Source: Diadema antillarum
Lineage: Eukaryota
Assembly: GCF_040938485.1 (NCBI RefSeq)
Contig: NW_027271939.1
Span: forward strand, 62,001 to 126,000
Length of the DNA: 64,000 nt
Reading direction: 5' to 3'
Shown here: positions 1 through 12,818 of the stretch, piece after piece
Numbering within the stretch: position 1 is the first letter of the stretch
Layout: each line of letters opens with the position of its first letter
Notes under the pieces: model-generated
Seen by the model: only the letters and a program-made list of their open reading frames with translations
Told to the model about the DNA's origin: nothing
Database searches by the model: none
Position numbers and translations under genes: made by a program

Positions 1-171
1 ACAACGCTCTCCCCCCCCCCCCCCAAGATTCGATAGTCGAACACGTAAAATGTTAGACAAGTTTCTGCGCTCTCTTGGTCGAAGCTTTGTGTCATACTAT
101 GTGGACCTCGTGTGTGATGGACAAAAAACAACAACAAAAACAAACAAAACACAAAACGTCCCCATATCAAG

Positions 172-380
172 CATAACTTATTCATCCAGGGTAGCTTCTT
201 CAGTTTTGCCACTGCTTTACTAGAGGGCCAAGGCATTATTACCCCATTTATACACCTGGGTCGAGAGGGACATTGTGGGTAAAAACATCTTGTCCAGGGA
301 CGTAAGCACTGGGCGGGAATCGAACTCGGATCCTCCGATTGGGAGTCGAGAGTCTTATCCACTATGCCACAGCGCCCACA
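172..380 (-). mobile_element. tRNA-derived SINE
   Basis: Minus strand has a Pol III A-box TGGCATAGTGG (359-369) and B-box GAGTTCGATTCCC (315-327), followed by a non-tRNA body containing GACCCAGGTGTATAAAATGGG. No cloverleaf 3' half, so not a tRNA gene. Confidence 0.75.
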
Positions 381-1160
381 CTTACGTTTTCCCAGACTCT
401 CTGTGCCTTCATATCCATCCCGTTTGAACATACAATCAAAGAAAAATACTTTTTTTTTTGGTCTTAATTACTCTAACTATACAAGGGGTCTAACATCTTC
501 GGTCTACCGGACCTTTGGCCTATCGGTGTGCAACAGTTGCAATTGTACTCTTAACAGTACTTATCTAAGTCATGAAATTTTCATTTTTGCTTGGCTTCTT
601 ATAGTTCTCAGATCTCTTTGCATACGCAGATACACCTTAGGGCCAACATATATAAAACAATAAGGAAAATAGATAACGAATGGGAAAAGAACGCATACTA
701 GGGGATATAGCAAATCCTTTGAAATACACATTAGGAGAACAAATCAAGTATACATGCTGCAGACAGAGTTGTTACTGGTAGTATAGAAATGTTGAAAGTT
801 TGGTAAAATAATGCGATTTGTGTATTATTTCAGAAAACTGCACAGTTGGGTCCTCAGAAGACAATATGGGGGAGGTAGTGGGAAAAGAAAGACATGAACA
901 TTATCCTATATATAATAAGTACCAAAGTCTTGCAGAAATGTGAGACTACGCAAAGATTGTGGGGACAGTATCAAAAACGGGTCATTTCTGCATGTGTTTT
1001 AGTATTGATTTGTAATTCTTTTTCCCTTTGCCCTGTCAAGTCGAAATGATAAAGTGCTCATCAATGTAAAGTGTTATGTTAGTCATCACACCTAATGTCT
1101 GTCTTTTTTCTACCCTATTTAACCTTTTATGGCGCTCCTTTTTTTTAAATCTCATTTTAG

Positions 1161-1812
1161 CTATGAAGGAATCAAGCAGGAACTAGAGTCTTCGACAAGC
1201 CGCACGGTAGTGGTCAAGGAAATGGCAGTCGCTATCCATGATTCCTATGATTATATTCCGTCGGGATTTCGTCACGTCATCTTTATTCGTGACCCACGGC
1301 GAGTGATACCGTCCTTTCGCAAGATGTTGCTGCATTATAAGGGAATGGATGCTGGTGATATCAGCTCGGATATGGAAGAAGTGCACGATGCGTACCCTAC
1401 CCTGCACTGGTATGGCGAGATGTATGCACTCTGGCAGTATATCCGGGAACACATCGACATAAACCCGCTGATCATCGACACGGAAGATTTCCTCGCCGAT
1501 CCTGCGACGTACCTGAGAAAGATCTGTGAGCTGATCGACGTCGAGTACAGCGACGACCTGCTTGAATGGGATCCTTCGATGGACGTTGTCAAAAAGTGGA
1601 AACAGGGTTGTATGGACGCTTACACGAACGGTACCCTTCCCAGTTCCCTGGCGTTCAAGAGGGCTTTCCACAGCTCCAAGTTTGCCCCCACGTCCAGTCC
1701 GATTCCGTCATTGGAAGATCTCACGCCTGATTGCGTCCGCATAATTGGTAAATGTCAGGCAATGTATGATGACATGTATCAGCATCGTCTAAAACCGAAA
1801 ATCTCTCAATAG
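1161..1812 (+). CDS. Terminal coding exon of a sulfotransferase-fold protein (type often annotated 'branched-chain-amino-acid aminotransferase-like'); 5' exons not identified
   Basis: Acceptor ctcattttag ends at 1160 and the frame is open to TAG at 1810-1812. Motifs VVKEMA, HVIFIRDPRRVIPSF (R-x-P..S PAPS 3'-phosphate-type motif), LIIDTEDFLADP and LLEW are present. GC is clearly above the flanks. Confidence 0.75.
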
Positions 1813-1823
1813 ATGTATATCTA

Positions 1824-1857
<34 letters not shown>

Positions 1858-2307
1858 ATAAAAACCTAAAATGGCATTAGGATAAAGCGTTTTTAGTCTT
1901 TAGTTAATAAACCCACATCTTTTCGTTTATTTTTTTTTTGTTTTAACAACAGATAAAGGGGGGTCTCGCCCGGTGCCACCCCGTCTGGATCCACCACTAT
2001 TTAGCTCTCTTTATACACACTCCCCATTGCAGTACAACCGACCACATCTCTGAATATTATCAAAAAACAAATTGTCTGTAAGAGCTATCCACATGTTTCA
2101 ATTCTGTTCCCCATGAACAGATGAATCCAATAATTTCTTTTTTCATTATTCATTTTTCATTGTCACGCTCCTTGGGCATTCCTTACAGTCACTCTCTCCT
2201 TTCCCACCGCTGTTGCACCTTCGATGTTTATTGGTGTTCACAAATGTGGTTAAGTTTATTTCGCTTGTACATGTCATCGTTTTGTATTAGTTTGCATCAT
2301 GTATACT

Positions 2308-2725
2308 GGTTACAGCTCGTTATTCCGAAGGTTCGTTATTCCGAATGTTTGTTAATCCGAAAATGGGATGAGGTTTGTTATTCCGAAGGTTTATTGATCC
2401 AAAAATTAAATCAGGTTCGTTATTCCGAAGGTTCGTTACTCCGAAAATGAAACAAAACTCGCTATTCCGAAGGTTCGTTAGGGACCCTATGTCATTTCGG
2501 ATAAGCGAGCATTCGGAATAGCGAACCCTATTTCATTTTCGGATTCACGAACCTTCGGAATAACGAACCTTCGGAATAACGCCACAAATGTTCGGATTAA
2601 CGAACCTCTTTTCATTTTCAGATTAACGAACCTCTAGGTATAGGGAATTTGTGTGTTTCGGATTAACGAACCTTCGGAATAACGAACCTTCGGAATAGCG
2701 AACCTTCGGAATAACGAACAGCACC
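2308..2725. mobile_element. Foldback-type MITE built of GTTCGTTATTCCGAAG subrepeats
   Basis: Left arm has tandem GGTTCGTTATTCCGAA units and the right arm has their reverse complement. Flanked by the direct repeat CATGTATACT (2298-2307 and 2726-2735), a 10-bp TSD. Confidence 0.8.
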
Positions 2726-2988
2726 CATGTATACTACCTGTCATGTCATCTTTATACATACAGGGCTCCATTGTATCTCATTCAGCAAACTGAATGGATA
2801 CACACCGTATTTTGTTTTCAAGAAAACATGAATACATGATATGTTGTCCCTCTTTTGTAGAATTTAATGAATGATATGTAATGAGTATACTAGCATTGTA
2901 CTTTCTTTGAGTTAATGTAGGCCTAATAAAAGACGAAAGTAAGTGAGGTTGTACCCAGAGAATTATATGTTCATGTTGCTAGAATATC

Positions 2989-3023
<35 letters not shown>

Positions 3024-4564
3024 GTTTACGTTTACATGAATATGTATATAACTTTTATAAAAAAAGGGCTGCAAGTATACGGTCAAGCCTGGCTCAAGTT
3101 GTTGCTCTTTGATTCTGTTTGTTTGATGTATCGATTCAGCTTATTTCCTATTATTTACTAAACAGAGGTATGTTTTATTGCAATCAAATGAAAGTTTTTA
3201 TTTGCTTTATGAATGTGCAGCATGATGACGTCGAAACCAACAAATGAAATTAGCCTAAAGGAAATTGCACTTTTTACACGTTTTCAAAAGTGAGTACTGG
3301 AGGATACTTGTTTTTCACTCTGAAAGTGTTTTACTTACCTGGTATTAATTCCATGTCCGGAATTGTTCAATATTCTATCTACCTCGTTATGATTACCTGG
3401 ACTCCAATGCTTTCTATGTTGGTGTAACGATAGCGTCACTTCCTGTAGTGCAAGAAACGCTATTCAAGGCGTAAGAGAGTACACTTTGCATTTTTTCTTA
3501 CTTTTCCACACGGCTCCTCTGCAGTGTATCAGATTAGATCGGTGATTTTGGTATCATCTAATATGAAAACACACTCCCTCCCATTCCCTTTCGTTGAAAG
3601 GTATCCTTTCCTGCTTTTGTTGTCGTCACGGATGATTTTAGTTGCGTCATAATTATAATACTATATTGAATCGATACGTTTGCAAGTTTTGGAAACTTTC
3701 CGACATTTTGCTGCTGGCAGTGTCCGTCTCTCTAATTTTTCTTTCCGTTTTTCTCCGTTTTGAAGATGTCCGTTTTTCTCCGTTTTGAAGATGGAATAAA
3801 TTAATCTCGATGTCACATAAGCAGACCGATTAAATGAAAGTTTGGATATTACCCTATTGCTCTTGTTTTGACACTGTTTATTCACATCAAGTGGCATACG
3901 CCATTTCATTGTCTTTCTTGTATCATGTTTTTCGATTAAAACTGCAGAATTGAACAATAAACAAGTTTGATAATTTTTGTATTTTGTGTGCCTTGTTGTG
4001 GTTGTAACGGTAGTTGCCCTAGTAGTGATAATATTCATGATAACAATTTGTTTTTGTTGTTTTCCTCAATTTCATAGTCAGCGTCGGATCTAGATTATTC
4101 TATTCTTCGCGAAAAATGGGACTGATAATTTTATAAGGCATCTCTATACACTCGTACGCCCGCGGCGGCCGCAGATTTTTTATTTTATTTTAAATCGTTC
4201 GTATGTGTCGGGGGAGGGGGTGTAGAGAGCTGCTGGCCGCAACGAGCTTGATAAGCGGGACGTAGAGGTAATGGTTCCATATTATTTTGTATTGTCTCAT
4301 TACACTGTAGAAAACTGTGTTTAAGCAAACATTTTTAACAAATTTAGATTAGAATTTTATATACAAAATGAAGAAAATACACGTACATTGTATATAGGCC
4401 AAAAATATAAAATGATATAAACGTTGGAAGAGTTAATTTGGAATGTTTGTTATATGTTTTGATAAGCAATTCCCTAACTGCCTTTTGTTAGATTTTCCAC
4501 TTGAGGCCAGCAATAGCATAAAGTAAGTGCGCATATTACAATTAGTATGTATGTATGTATGTAT

Positions 4565-4608
<44 letters not shown>

Positions 4609-4787
4609 AAATGTATATATGTATAGATATATATGTACATAATTCAATACACAGGGGCAACATAGTTAAAATTTCAATGATATAATTCAAAATATACTCT
4701 AAAATATCAAATTACTCGAAATGCATATTTCCAGGCAAACTGATTACGTTGCTTGAGACCCTTGGAAATGACTGTGGAATGAGTTTC

Positions 4788-4824
<37 letters not shown>

Positions 4825-5136
4825 TTGATTCACAACAGTAGTTCATTATGAAAACTCCGTGAGAGACATAGTTTTGACGAATTTTCGCCCATAGGGCTTT
4901 GTCAAGTCAATGGCAGATTTTATTTTGAAGCAGATATAAATCAAAATAAAAGATGCGTCGTCAGTAGTAGCGCGTCCATAAAAAAATGCCCACATACACA
5001 AGTAGCATCTTTTATTTTGATTTACATCTGCTTCAAAATAAAATCTGCCATTGACTTGACAAAGCCCTATGGGCGAAAATTCGTCAAATCTACGTCTCCC
5101 ACGGAGTTTTCATATTGAACTACTGTTGTGAATCAA
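4825..5136. mobile_element. Palindromic MITE with TA target site (Tc1/mariner-like)
   Basis: Near-perfect inverted arms of ~130 bp (TTGATTCACAACAGTAGTTCA... / ...TGAACTACTGTTGTGAATCAA) around a short spacer. TA lies on both sides and the element abuts a (TA)n tract. Confidence 0.75.
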
Positions 5137-5177
5137 TACTTTCTTGGACTCAGAGCAGAAACCTATTGCTGTTATTC

Positions 5178-5243
<66 letters not shown>

Positions 5244-6417
5244 TGCACGAGTGTTTGTGTGCTTGCTGTTTATTTGTTTTTATTTGCCAGTCTTTGCTTT
5301 GATACGAATCAAATCTCCGTATTGCCGCTATACTCACAAGTAGTTTACAGACTAAGTAATGATACAGATAAACTTACAAATCAAGTTTGAAACAAGACAA
5401 GAAAACACATCACTGGCATGTACATACATTTTGTTGTGTCTTCATTATTTGTGTGCTAGATAAGAAGGAGATATTGTCCATATAATATATTAATTATAAG
5501 GTATTACTATATCTTACCATATCCTACCTATACCGTATCATATCATGCACCAGGCCTATCTATACCTCCCTTCAATGTTTTGCTCTTCTCGAGGTACAAG
5601 TTGAATGTTTATTTCACAAACAATTCAACCAGTCAAGTACGTAATGAATATCTCGGTACAAAGAATAACTACTGTTACTAAGTTGCCACGAGGAAGAAAC
5701 ACATAATGATTAGGGCCACTTTGTGGCATCTTGCTACTGGGTATAACGGATTTCGGAAAGGACGAGAATCATGTCTCTTTTCTTGGACTAGATAAACTAT
5801 CACTTGCATCAACCTGTGTGAATGGTACCCTCCAATAATGTGCACTAGAAGGAGAACATGAAACCAGAAAACCGCGTGGTTATATCTTGAATCCCAAAAC
5901 TTCTCAATAGACCGGATTTACACTGAAGATTACAGAAAACAAAAATGTAAACTGCAGCAATGTCATCTGACATGTGTGTGTATATGTGTGTGTGTCTACA
6001 CTGACAATTATATTCGAAGTCAAGTGATTATGTCTCTTTTGTTTTCTTTTTGTTGTTATTGTTAGAAGCCTAGGCCTATACTAATATAAAAAGCTCGAAA
6101 GGGACCCAGCTAATATTTTGAGTGAAAAGGGAGGCTCGCTGCGATGGAGATAACAAGCGAATCTAAATCCCAGAGAGCTATATACCAATGATAACTCGCC
6201 TAAAACTGTCAAAAATGCAGGGATGAGGATGGCTGATGCAATGGTCCTCATTGTTCCCTCGCATTCGAAACCTGCCATAGCCTACTTACAATTCCCAAAG
6301 GCGATAACTGCCATATTTTCCAAACAACACTCAGATTCGCGACCGAGTTCGTCACAGTGAAGAACTTATTATGACGTAATTGATGAACGTCGATTGCAGG
6401 ACCTGGCCGCTTCAACC

Positions 6418-6459
<42 letters not shown>

Positions 6460-6464
6460 ACACA

Positions 6465-6718
6465 CAAATCAATAAATGATTCCAAATTGGACGACTGCCC
6501 GAGCTTCGGTGTAAACAGGGTCTAAGTTGATATCTTAATGTGTTGGCAGATATTATGGAACTTGAATTTAAGTTAGAATTGTGATTTTTCATTTGCTAAC
6601 TTGACGCCTCCGGAGGACTAGGTGATAAGGTTAAGTTGATGCCTTAGGATTCGAACCAGAGATCTAATGGCTTGCTGACTGTCTGTGGTCTTATATCCAC
6701 TGAGCCACGACAACGCCT
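6465..6718 (-). mobile_element. tRNA-derived SINE-like element ending at a (TG)n tract
   Basis: Minus-strand A-box TGGCTCAGTGG (6697-6707) and B-box GGTTCGAATCC (6647-6657). The 3' boundary is approximate. Confidence 0.55.
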
Positions 6719-7765
6719 CTTTCCTGTAGCCATAGGCTATTCTCTTAAATCCTCAAATCTTTATCTTTTATTCACTTTGTTGCGATTATATCAACTTGTG
6801 TAAATGTGTATATCACCCTTGTGATGAACAGGAGTATGACAAATGCTGAACTTATGTTACCTATAGCGACGGCCCATAAAATGCGTCACTGCTGTCTTAT
6901 GTCTTATATCCTCTGCGGTTAGAAACTTATGAAATGTTTCCTCTCTCCCAGCAGTATACCCTACATCTCTTTCCTTTGATGATGATATATTCGTGAACGA
7001 AAATGTTCCTGCCAAGGCGTGTGAAGCATCTTGGTGCTCGAGAATACTCGTCTGTCTGTCTGTCTGTCTGTCCTCTGTCCATCCGCATATCTCCCACACT
7101 CTCTCTATGAATAGCTATATCTAGCGATCTATCTGTTTTTTTCGCATTATTGGACTCCCTTCTCACACACATCAAGTCTACTTTCTTTTCACATCTTTCT
7201 TGGCTTTGACCGATTCAAATACTCCAGTATTCATCGCTGGAGATTGATAAAAGTTAAAGAGATGTTTGAATATATTGACTCTACCCTTACATACATGTCA
7301 TTTGTTCAGCTGTCTGCGATATACACAAATATTTCAAACAAAAATGTTGAGTTAACATATTTTTTATTCAATGATTAAACATGATTTTTCGTTTCTTGGA
7401 AATGAGTCAACATGGAACGGAAGTAATTATACACTCATCGGCCCACTTTCCTTTTCACGTCATTACGCATACATTCGCAAAGAAACAGTTATTACAACGG
7501 CACTTCAAAACTACATTCATCTGATGCAAAGAATAACACAAGGATTAATTTTGTTCTCAATGCATTTAGACATCAAGGCAGATGTGGTTTCACATTATAT
7601 TTTAGTGGGAGATCAAACGCGACAGAAGAAAAACTTTTGACATACCAGCAACAGAAGAGTAGTAGAATCTAATGGGTCAAAAATGAGCCAACCAGCAGTT
7701 TATAATTTCCTGTTATACAGAACTCTGAGCACCTAAATTAGTTTCACGAAATTAAAAAAGAGTAC

Positions 7766-8742
7766 TTATGGCATGAAGTCTTCGTTGACATTGGGAAAGT
7801 CGGTTCCAAATTCATCGTTTTCACGTTCTCCCATCTGTGTCGTTGGGGCATCAGTTGACATTTCATCCTCATCACCTTCGGGTTTCTTGCCACCTCGACG
7901 ACCAAACGGACCACCGCGGTTACCATGACGACCATCCTTGCCCGGACGTTGGAAGGGATGACCATTTCCTCCTTCGCCACGTCGCCCACCATCCCGTCCA
8001 GATTGATCACGACGGTCCCATCGATCTGAGAAAACGTTTTCCTCTTCGGTACGATTACGTTTGCAGGGGTGGTGACGACGACGAGATGGTCTACCAAATG
8101 GTGCATTCTCGATGCGAGTGTCATTGTTGTCTCCTTCTCCATCATAGTCTTCGCTGTCGTTGCACTTTGCATGGTGATTTCGGCGGTTTCCATAGCGACC
8201 GAACCTGAAAGGGAAGATACTGGTACCGTTGTTATCTCCTTCTTTTGATTCCTCACTCTCATTACGCCTTCCATGGTGATGTTGATGATGGTCATGATGA
8301 TGATGGCGTGAGTGATGCCTTCCGTGGTGACGACCAGGAAAACTTTCTTCACCATCAGTTTCATTGGCTCTATCTGATCTCCTACCACCACCAAAAGGCA
8401 TCGGTGACATATCCCCTTCCGGTCCTCCTTGTCGACCTCCCTCTCGTCTTCCTCCCTGTCCAAAGAACGGTTTACCACCTCTCCGTCTGAAGTCCCCTTG
8501 TCCTCCAAACTCATCTCCTTCACCTCCCTCTATGCCTTGTCTCCCTTGGCCGTCTGAGAACTGTTCTCCTGGTCGAGAACGACCCTCATTCCTACGACCA
8601 CCATCTCGTCGTCCGCCTCCACGCTGCTCTAGATTAACCTCAGTCTGGCTGTCACCGGGTCCTCCACGGCCACCAGGACGATCAGAAGGTCGACCCCGCC
8701 CTGGTCGGTTTTCTTGTCTGCCACCACTTCTTTGAGCATGCG
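7766..8742 (-). CDS. Trf: Transformer (185/333) gene A, exon 2
   Basis: Acceptor tttcattacag (AG at 8744-8743), phase 1. Joins exon 1 to give ...TISAHAQRSGG..., with Gly/Arg-rich then His-rich regions and TAA at 7766-7768; 343 aa in total. Confidence 0.92.
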
Positions 8743-9265
8743 CTGTAATGAAAGAATCGATCGATTCCACTTAGAATGATTGCAGGTGCTTTTAACGTAA
8801 TTAGGCCAACATTGTTATCAGGAAAATCGACGACAGTCTCTGTATAGCAAGTAATATGCCTCATCAGCATGCTCCAAGTTCGTATTTGTGTGCATTCTTA
8901 CTAAGACCAAAAAAAAAATACAAACAAACAAGTTGTAACTTTTGTGTCGTTTAATGCCATCACTCAATTCCAATGCTGATTGTAAAATCTATCATATCTC
9001 ACGTTCTGTTATTCACGTCTGTCCATTTGATCTTTTCCTTCTGTACAATTTCTGAGGGTAGTATTTTTTCCTTCACTGTGCATTGAATCAAAAGCTCGAT
9101 CAATTGAATTCACTATCTCAGTTTGAAACTGCAGTGCTCATTCATCAAAATCAGAATTACTTCTGGACATGTGAATAACAAGGAGAAATGGAACTCATTC
9201 AAATCTCTCCATAAGCTATCATGATTATGACATCATTATGTAGATGAAGAACAGGTTTGTCTTAC

Positions 9266-9320
9266 CTGAAATGGTCAACACAGCGAGAGCAAAAATAAGT
9301 AGTGTTGATTTCCAACCCAT
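9266..9320 (-). CDS. Trf: Transformer gene A, exon 1 (signal peptide MGWKSTLLIFALAVLTIS)
   Basis: tcatcaccATGG start, 55 nt, donor G|GTAAGA. Same length and phase as the other five leaders. Confidence 0.9.
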
Positions 9321-9445
9321 GGTGATGAAATTGCCGCCTCCTAATCTGATATTTTGGTCGGTACAGATCCTGTCTCTCCCCGCTTCTATCTTTCTTCTTA
9401 TCGGAAGGTGAGCCCGATGTCTGATGGAAGTGGCATTTTCTTTCC

Positions 9446-9570
9446 CTTATATACATCTTGTCATGAAATGTAAGCATCTCTGGTGCCTGACAGTACCGTG
9501 CACGTCCCCAAAACAACCACATGTCAACATAGTGAGTTATATACATCCGGCCGTGTGAGGGAGCGCCTGA
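9446..9570 (-). promoter_or_regulatory. Trf A proximal promoter (TATA plus conserved upstream boxes)
   Basis: TATATAAG at 9453-9446. GGTACTGTCAGGCACC and CGCTCCCTCACACGGCCGGATGT are shared with the other Trf promoters. Confidence 0.55.
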
Positions 9571-9857
9571 CACTCATAGACTGAATAGGAACAATGGTCT
9601 CTCAGCAATGCATATGCATTTTTTTTTTTGGAATAATATCTATTCACTTCCAATCAAATAATACAAAAAAAAAAGAATCAATACACTTTGGTATTACTCT
9701 ACAAACATAAACGAATGATTCTTTTAAAGATAACTGAAATAGTTATACATTTTGATGTTTCACAATAAAACAAAATCATGAAATGGCAATAGTACAGCAA
9801 TTACCGAAGAATTAAGAATGGAAGTATATTACATTTATTTGCACAAGCGAGCAAATA

Positions 9858-9902
<45 letters not shown>

Positions 9903-10574
9903 ACATACGTGGATGTTTCATTTTTCAATTCAAAATCTACGAATTGCATTTTTACAAAGAGATGGGTAATTATTCATAAAAAAATGAACCATATTTGTGA
10001 TCATGCAACGTTTTGTTATCAACTCTATAGCGATGTTCAAACGATGGATGCAAAAGTTATACCTTTGAGAAACAAAACAGACCTTTCACACTATCATATT
10101 TTTGTAATCACTGCGTTATACTAATAGTTCTCCTATCGAAGGTGGCCCTTTTCTTAAATATTTCTGGCGTAAAAACCGTACTTTACTAAACTACTGTTTG
10201 AATTTATATTATAGTTTTTATCATAATTATCACTATCACACTATCATTATGATATTACCTTCCCGTGCTTGGTTGAAATATAACTCGGCCTCAAGACGCA
10301 GAGACATACGCATATGTTTGTTTGTTTGTTTGTTTGCTTTTATTTCTGCATTCAATCAGATGCAATTTGAATGCAAACTTCAAAAAGTACAAAGACAAAG
10401 AATAACAAGTGCAGTGAAATAAATCGATAACATTACATAAATAGATACACATAGGTGATTGCATTGAGCAATGTAGATACACAGAAACATAAAATAAGAT
10501 ATACAGTATTTTTCAGTAAACAACAGAGATAATTGAATGCAGGAGACCACCATCATAAGCGATTAAGCTTGAAA

Positions 10575-10715
10575 TGGATGGAGGCCTCAATATATGTATA
10601 TGCACATATGTATATGCATAATATATGTATATGTATATGCATAATATACATATACATATGCATATATGTATATGCACAATATATGTATATGCACATAATA
10701 TATGTATATGCACAT
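10575..10715. repeat. Degenerate (TATATGTATATGCACA)-type minisatellite between divergent genes A and B
   Basis: Repeated atatgtatatgcaca/ta units are visible directly. Confidence 0.8.
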
Positions 10716-11580
10716 AATAAATGATTATATAATTGTTTAAGATGAGATGTGGTTGATATGGCAACAATCTGTAACGTGGTCTTCACTTTTAGTTTTCATT
10801 GTATTCTGTGCTACATTTCTTGTGCTGATGTAGTAGTGCCTCATCGGAAATCTTTTATCCCCCGACAGCGAAAACGTCTGCTACCACCAGCTACCGGATT
10901 GGGGTTATACCGTTCTTATTGTCTTTATTTTAATACGTAAATGTCGAAAATCAGCTATTTGTTATTCAGTCACAGGGAAAAACAATTTTAGTCATAAGAG
11001 AAATGAATAACATGAAAAGTCTTCAAGAGAAATCATAACTTTTGATAGCTCATGAGAAATTTTCAAGTGTATGTGGAATACTATTTTCGCCACAAGAATA
11101 TCTACAGTGAACAATGTCATTGATAATCCCGTTAAGTATGTTGTTGTTGTTGATGTTGCTGCTGTTAAGTTTTTTTTTTTTTCAATTATGGAAGATAATA
11201 CCTGCCTAAGAGTTGGCAATACACGGCAATTACATAGCTGACTGGATGAACATTGATTAGATATCTTGTGCAGTTGACGATCACTCTGTTCTACTCTACT
11301 CTTAATCCAGATGGAATCCCATTTCTTTATTCAATTTTTCACTTATGAATTTCTGGTCATTGTCTCTTTGTTTGCGTTTATTTCGTTGTAGATGTATCAC
11401 AAACACTTAAATATTGAGAATACACTGTATAGCTGTACATAATGTATTACCCTTTCTTTTTGGTATATACTAGGCAATGGCAACAAGGACTACCAAAATT
11501 TTCTTAATTTCAGGGGATCAACAATGAACGGGTCAAAGACTTTCGGAACACGCCAAACAATAACAGTAGGCGGAGCGTAT

Positions 11581-11720
11581 CAGGCGTTCACCAACACAGG
11601 AGGATGTGGTGTCTAATACCAACGGAAAGCCAACTCACTGAGGTGCCGCGTGGTGGTACTGGTCGACCCGCTACTCCAGGCACAGGTTGGAACGACACAC
11701 CCGCTCAAAATGTATAAAAG
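11581..11720 (+). promoter_or_regulatory. Trf B proximal promoter
   Basis: TATAAAAG at 11713-11720. CAGGCGTTCACCAACACAGGAGGATGTGG aligns to the conserved box of gene A. Confidence 0.5.
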
Positions 11721-11851
11721 TCCACTGAAGTGCACTCAATAGGTTACATTCTTGGGTCTGTCCTAGCAACTATAGACAGAGGGGGAGAGAAAGAAAGGAG
11801 TCTAAAAGAGGAGGAATTGAAAAGTTTGGCAAGTGACGAATTTTCATCAAT

Positions 11852-11906
11852 ATGGGCTGGAAATCACTTCTTCTCATCCTTGTCGTTGCTGCTCTGGCTA
11901 TCTCAG
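11852..11906 (+). CDS. Trf: Transformer gene B, exon 1 (MGWKSLLLILVVAALAIS)
   Basis: 55-nt hydrophobic leader with donor G|GTAAGA at 11907. Confidence 0.9.
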
Positions 11907-12818
11907 GTAAGAATAATTTCATGTACTTAAATCCTTCCGTTTTCATCTAACTTTGCGCATATCATTATTTCCAAAGAACACTGAAATCAGAGTACACCTT
12001 AATAATCGTAAAAAGAGAGGTGCAAACACGACTCAAATTGCCAGTAGGGAGTGCCTATTATAAACATTGTTAATTACGTAGCTGCAATTGGCACATATTG
12101 AAAAGAATCTAAAGCTTTGCAAATTTCTTACTCATATTCAGGGAACAATTAGAGAATTTAGATGCAAACACATATTCCATATGTATCAGTTTCAGATATT
12201 TAGATTTAATCTGCTAAAAAAATAATAATAACTGGAATAGACATAAGTATATATTCAAAACTAATTCTTGTTATGCAAACAGTGTAGTAGCATTGGAAAT
12301 ATTTCATTTCTCTCTATTTGCTGTTGAATTTACTTAAGAAATGTGAAAATGACATTTATCTAATCTGTTCTTAGCATTTACACACATAGATTCTATTCAC
12401 TACTTTTTTTAAAGATTTTGTAAATCACTGTCAATTATCTAAATGGGAAAGTTAATTCGTCGTTCTCGTTCGTTAACTAACTAGAACTAAATAACGAGGA
12501 TATGATATTGAATGCAGTGTAAAACAATACCCATTTATCATCATGATTATGGTGATCTAACTCAAGGTAATTGGATCGTTGGATTTGTGTTTCTATACAC
12601 CACAATGGCAGTAATCTATGTGTTGAATAGCTCTTTAGGCCTACGTGTTGGGTCTGTATTTGAAATGTAAAAGAATACAAAACAAACACTCACTCCTTTG
12701 ATGAAATTGATATTTTTTAGTATCTACATAAAATCTCACTGTGCATATTCATACGCATCCCTGTGATGACATTTCAATTCAAAATAAATGAATTTCTTAA
12801 ATACATTATCCTTCCCAG

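Noticed and set aside
172-380. Possible tRNA genes here and at 6640-6718
   Set aside because: Only A/B boxes, with no acceptor stem or cloverleaf; the bodies continue as SINE-like sequence.
3330-3480. Strong minus-strand donor CCAG|GTAAGT with short ATG GAA TTA ATA CCA upstream; similar donor near 6280
   Set aside because: No downstream partner exon could be identified, so no gene model is supportable.
8364-8735. Pro-rich antisense ORFs over each Trf exon 2 (also 12835-13197, 18842-19306, 33909-34325)
   Set aside because: Mirror of GGN/CGN codons on the coding strand; no independent start or splice support.
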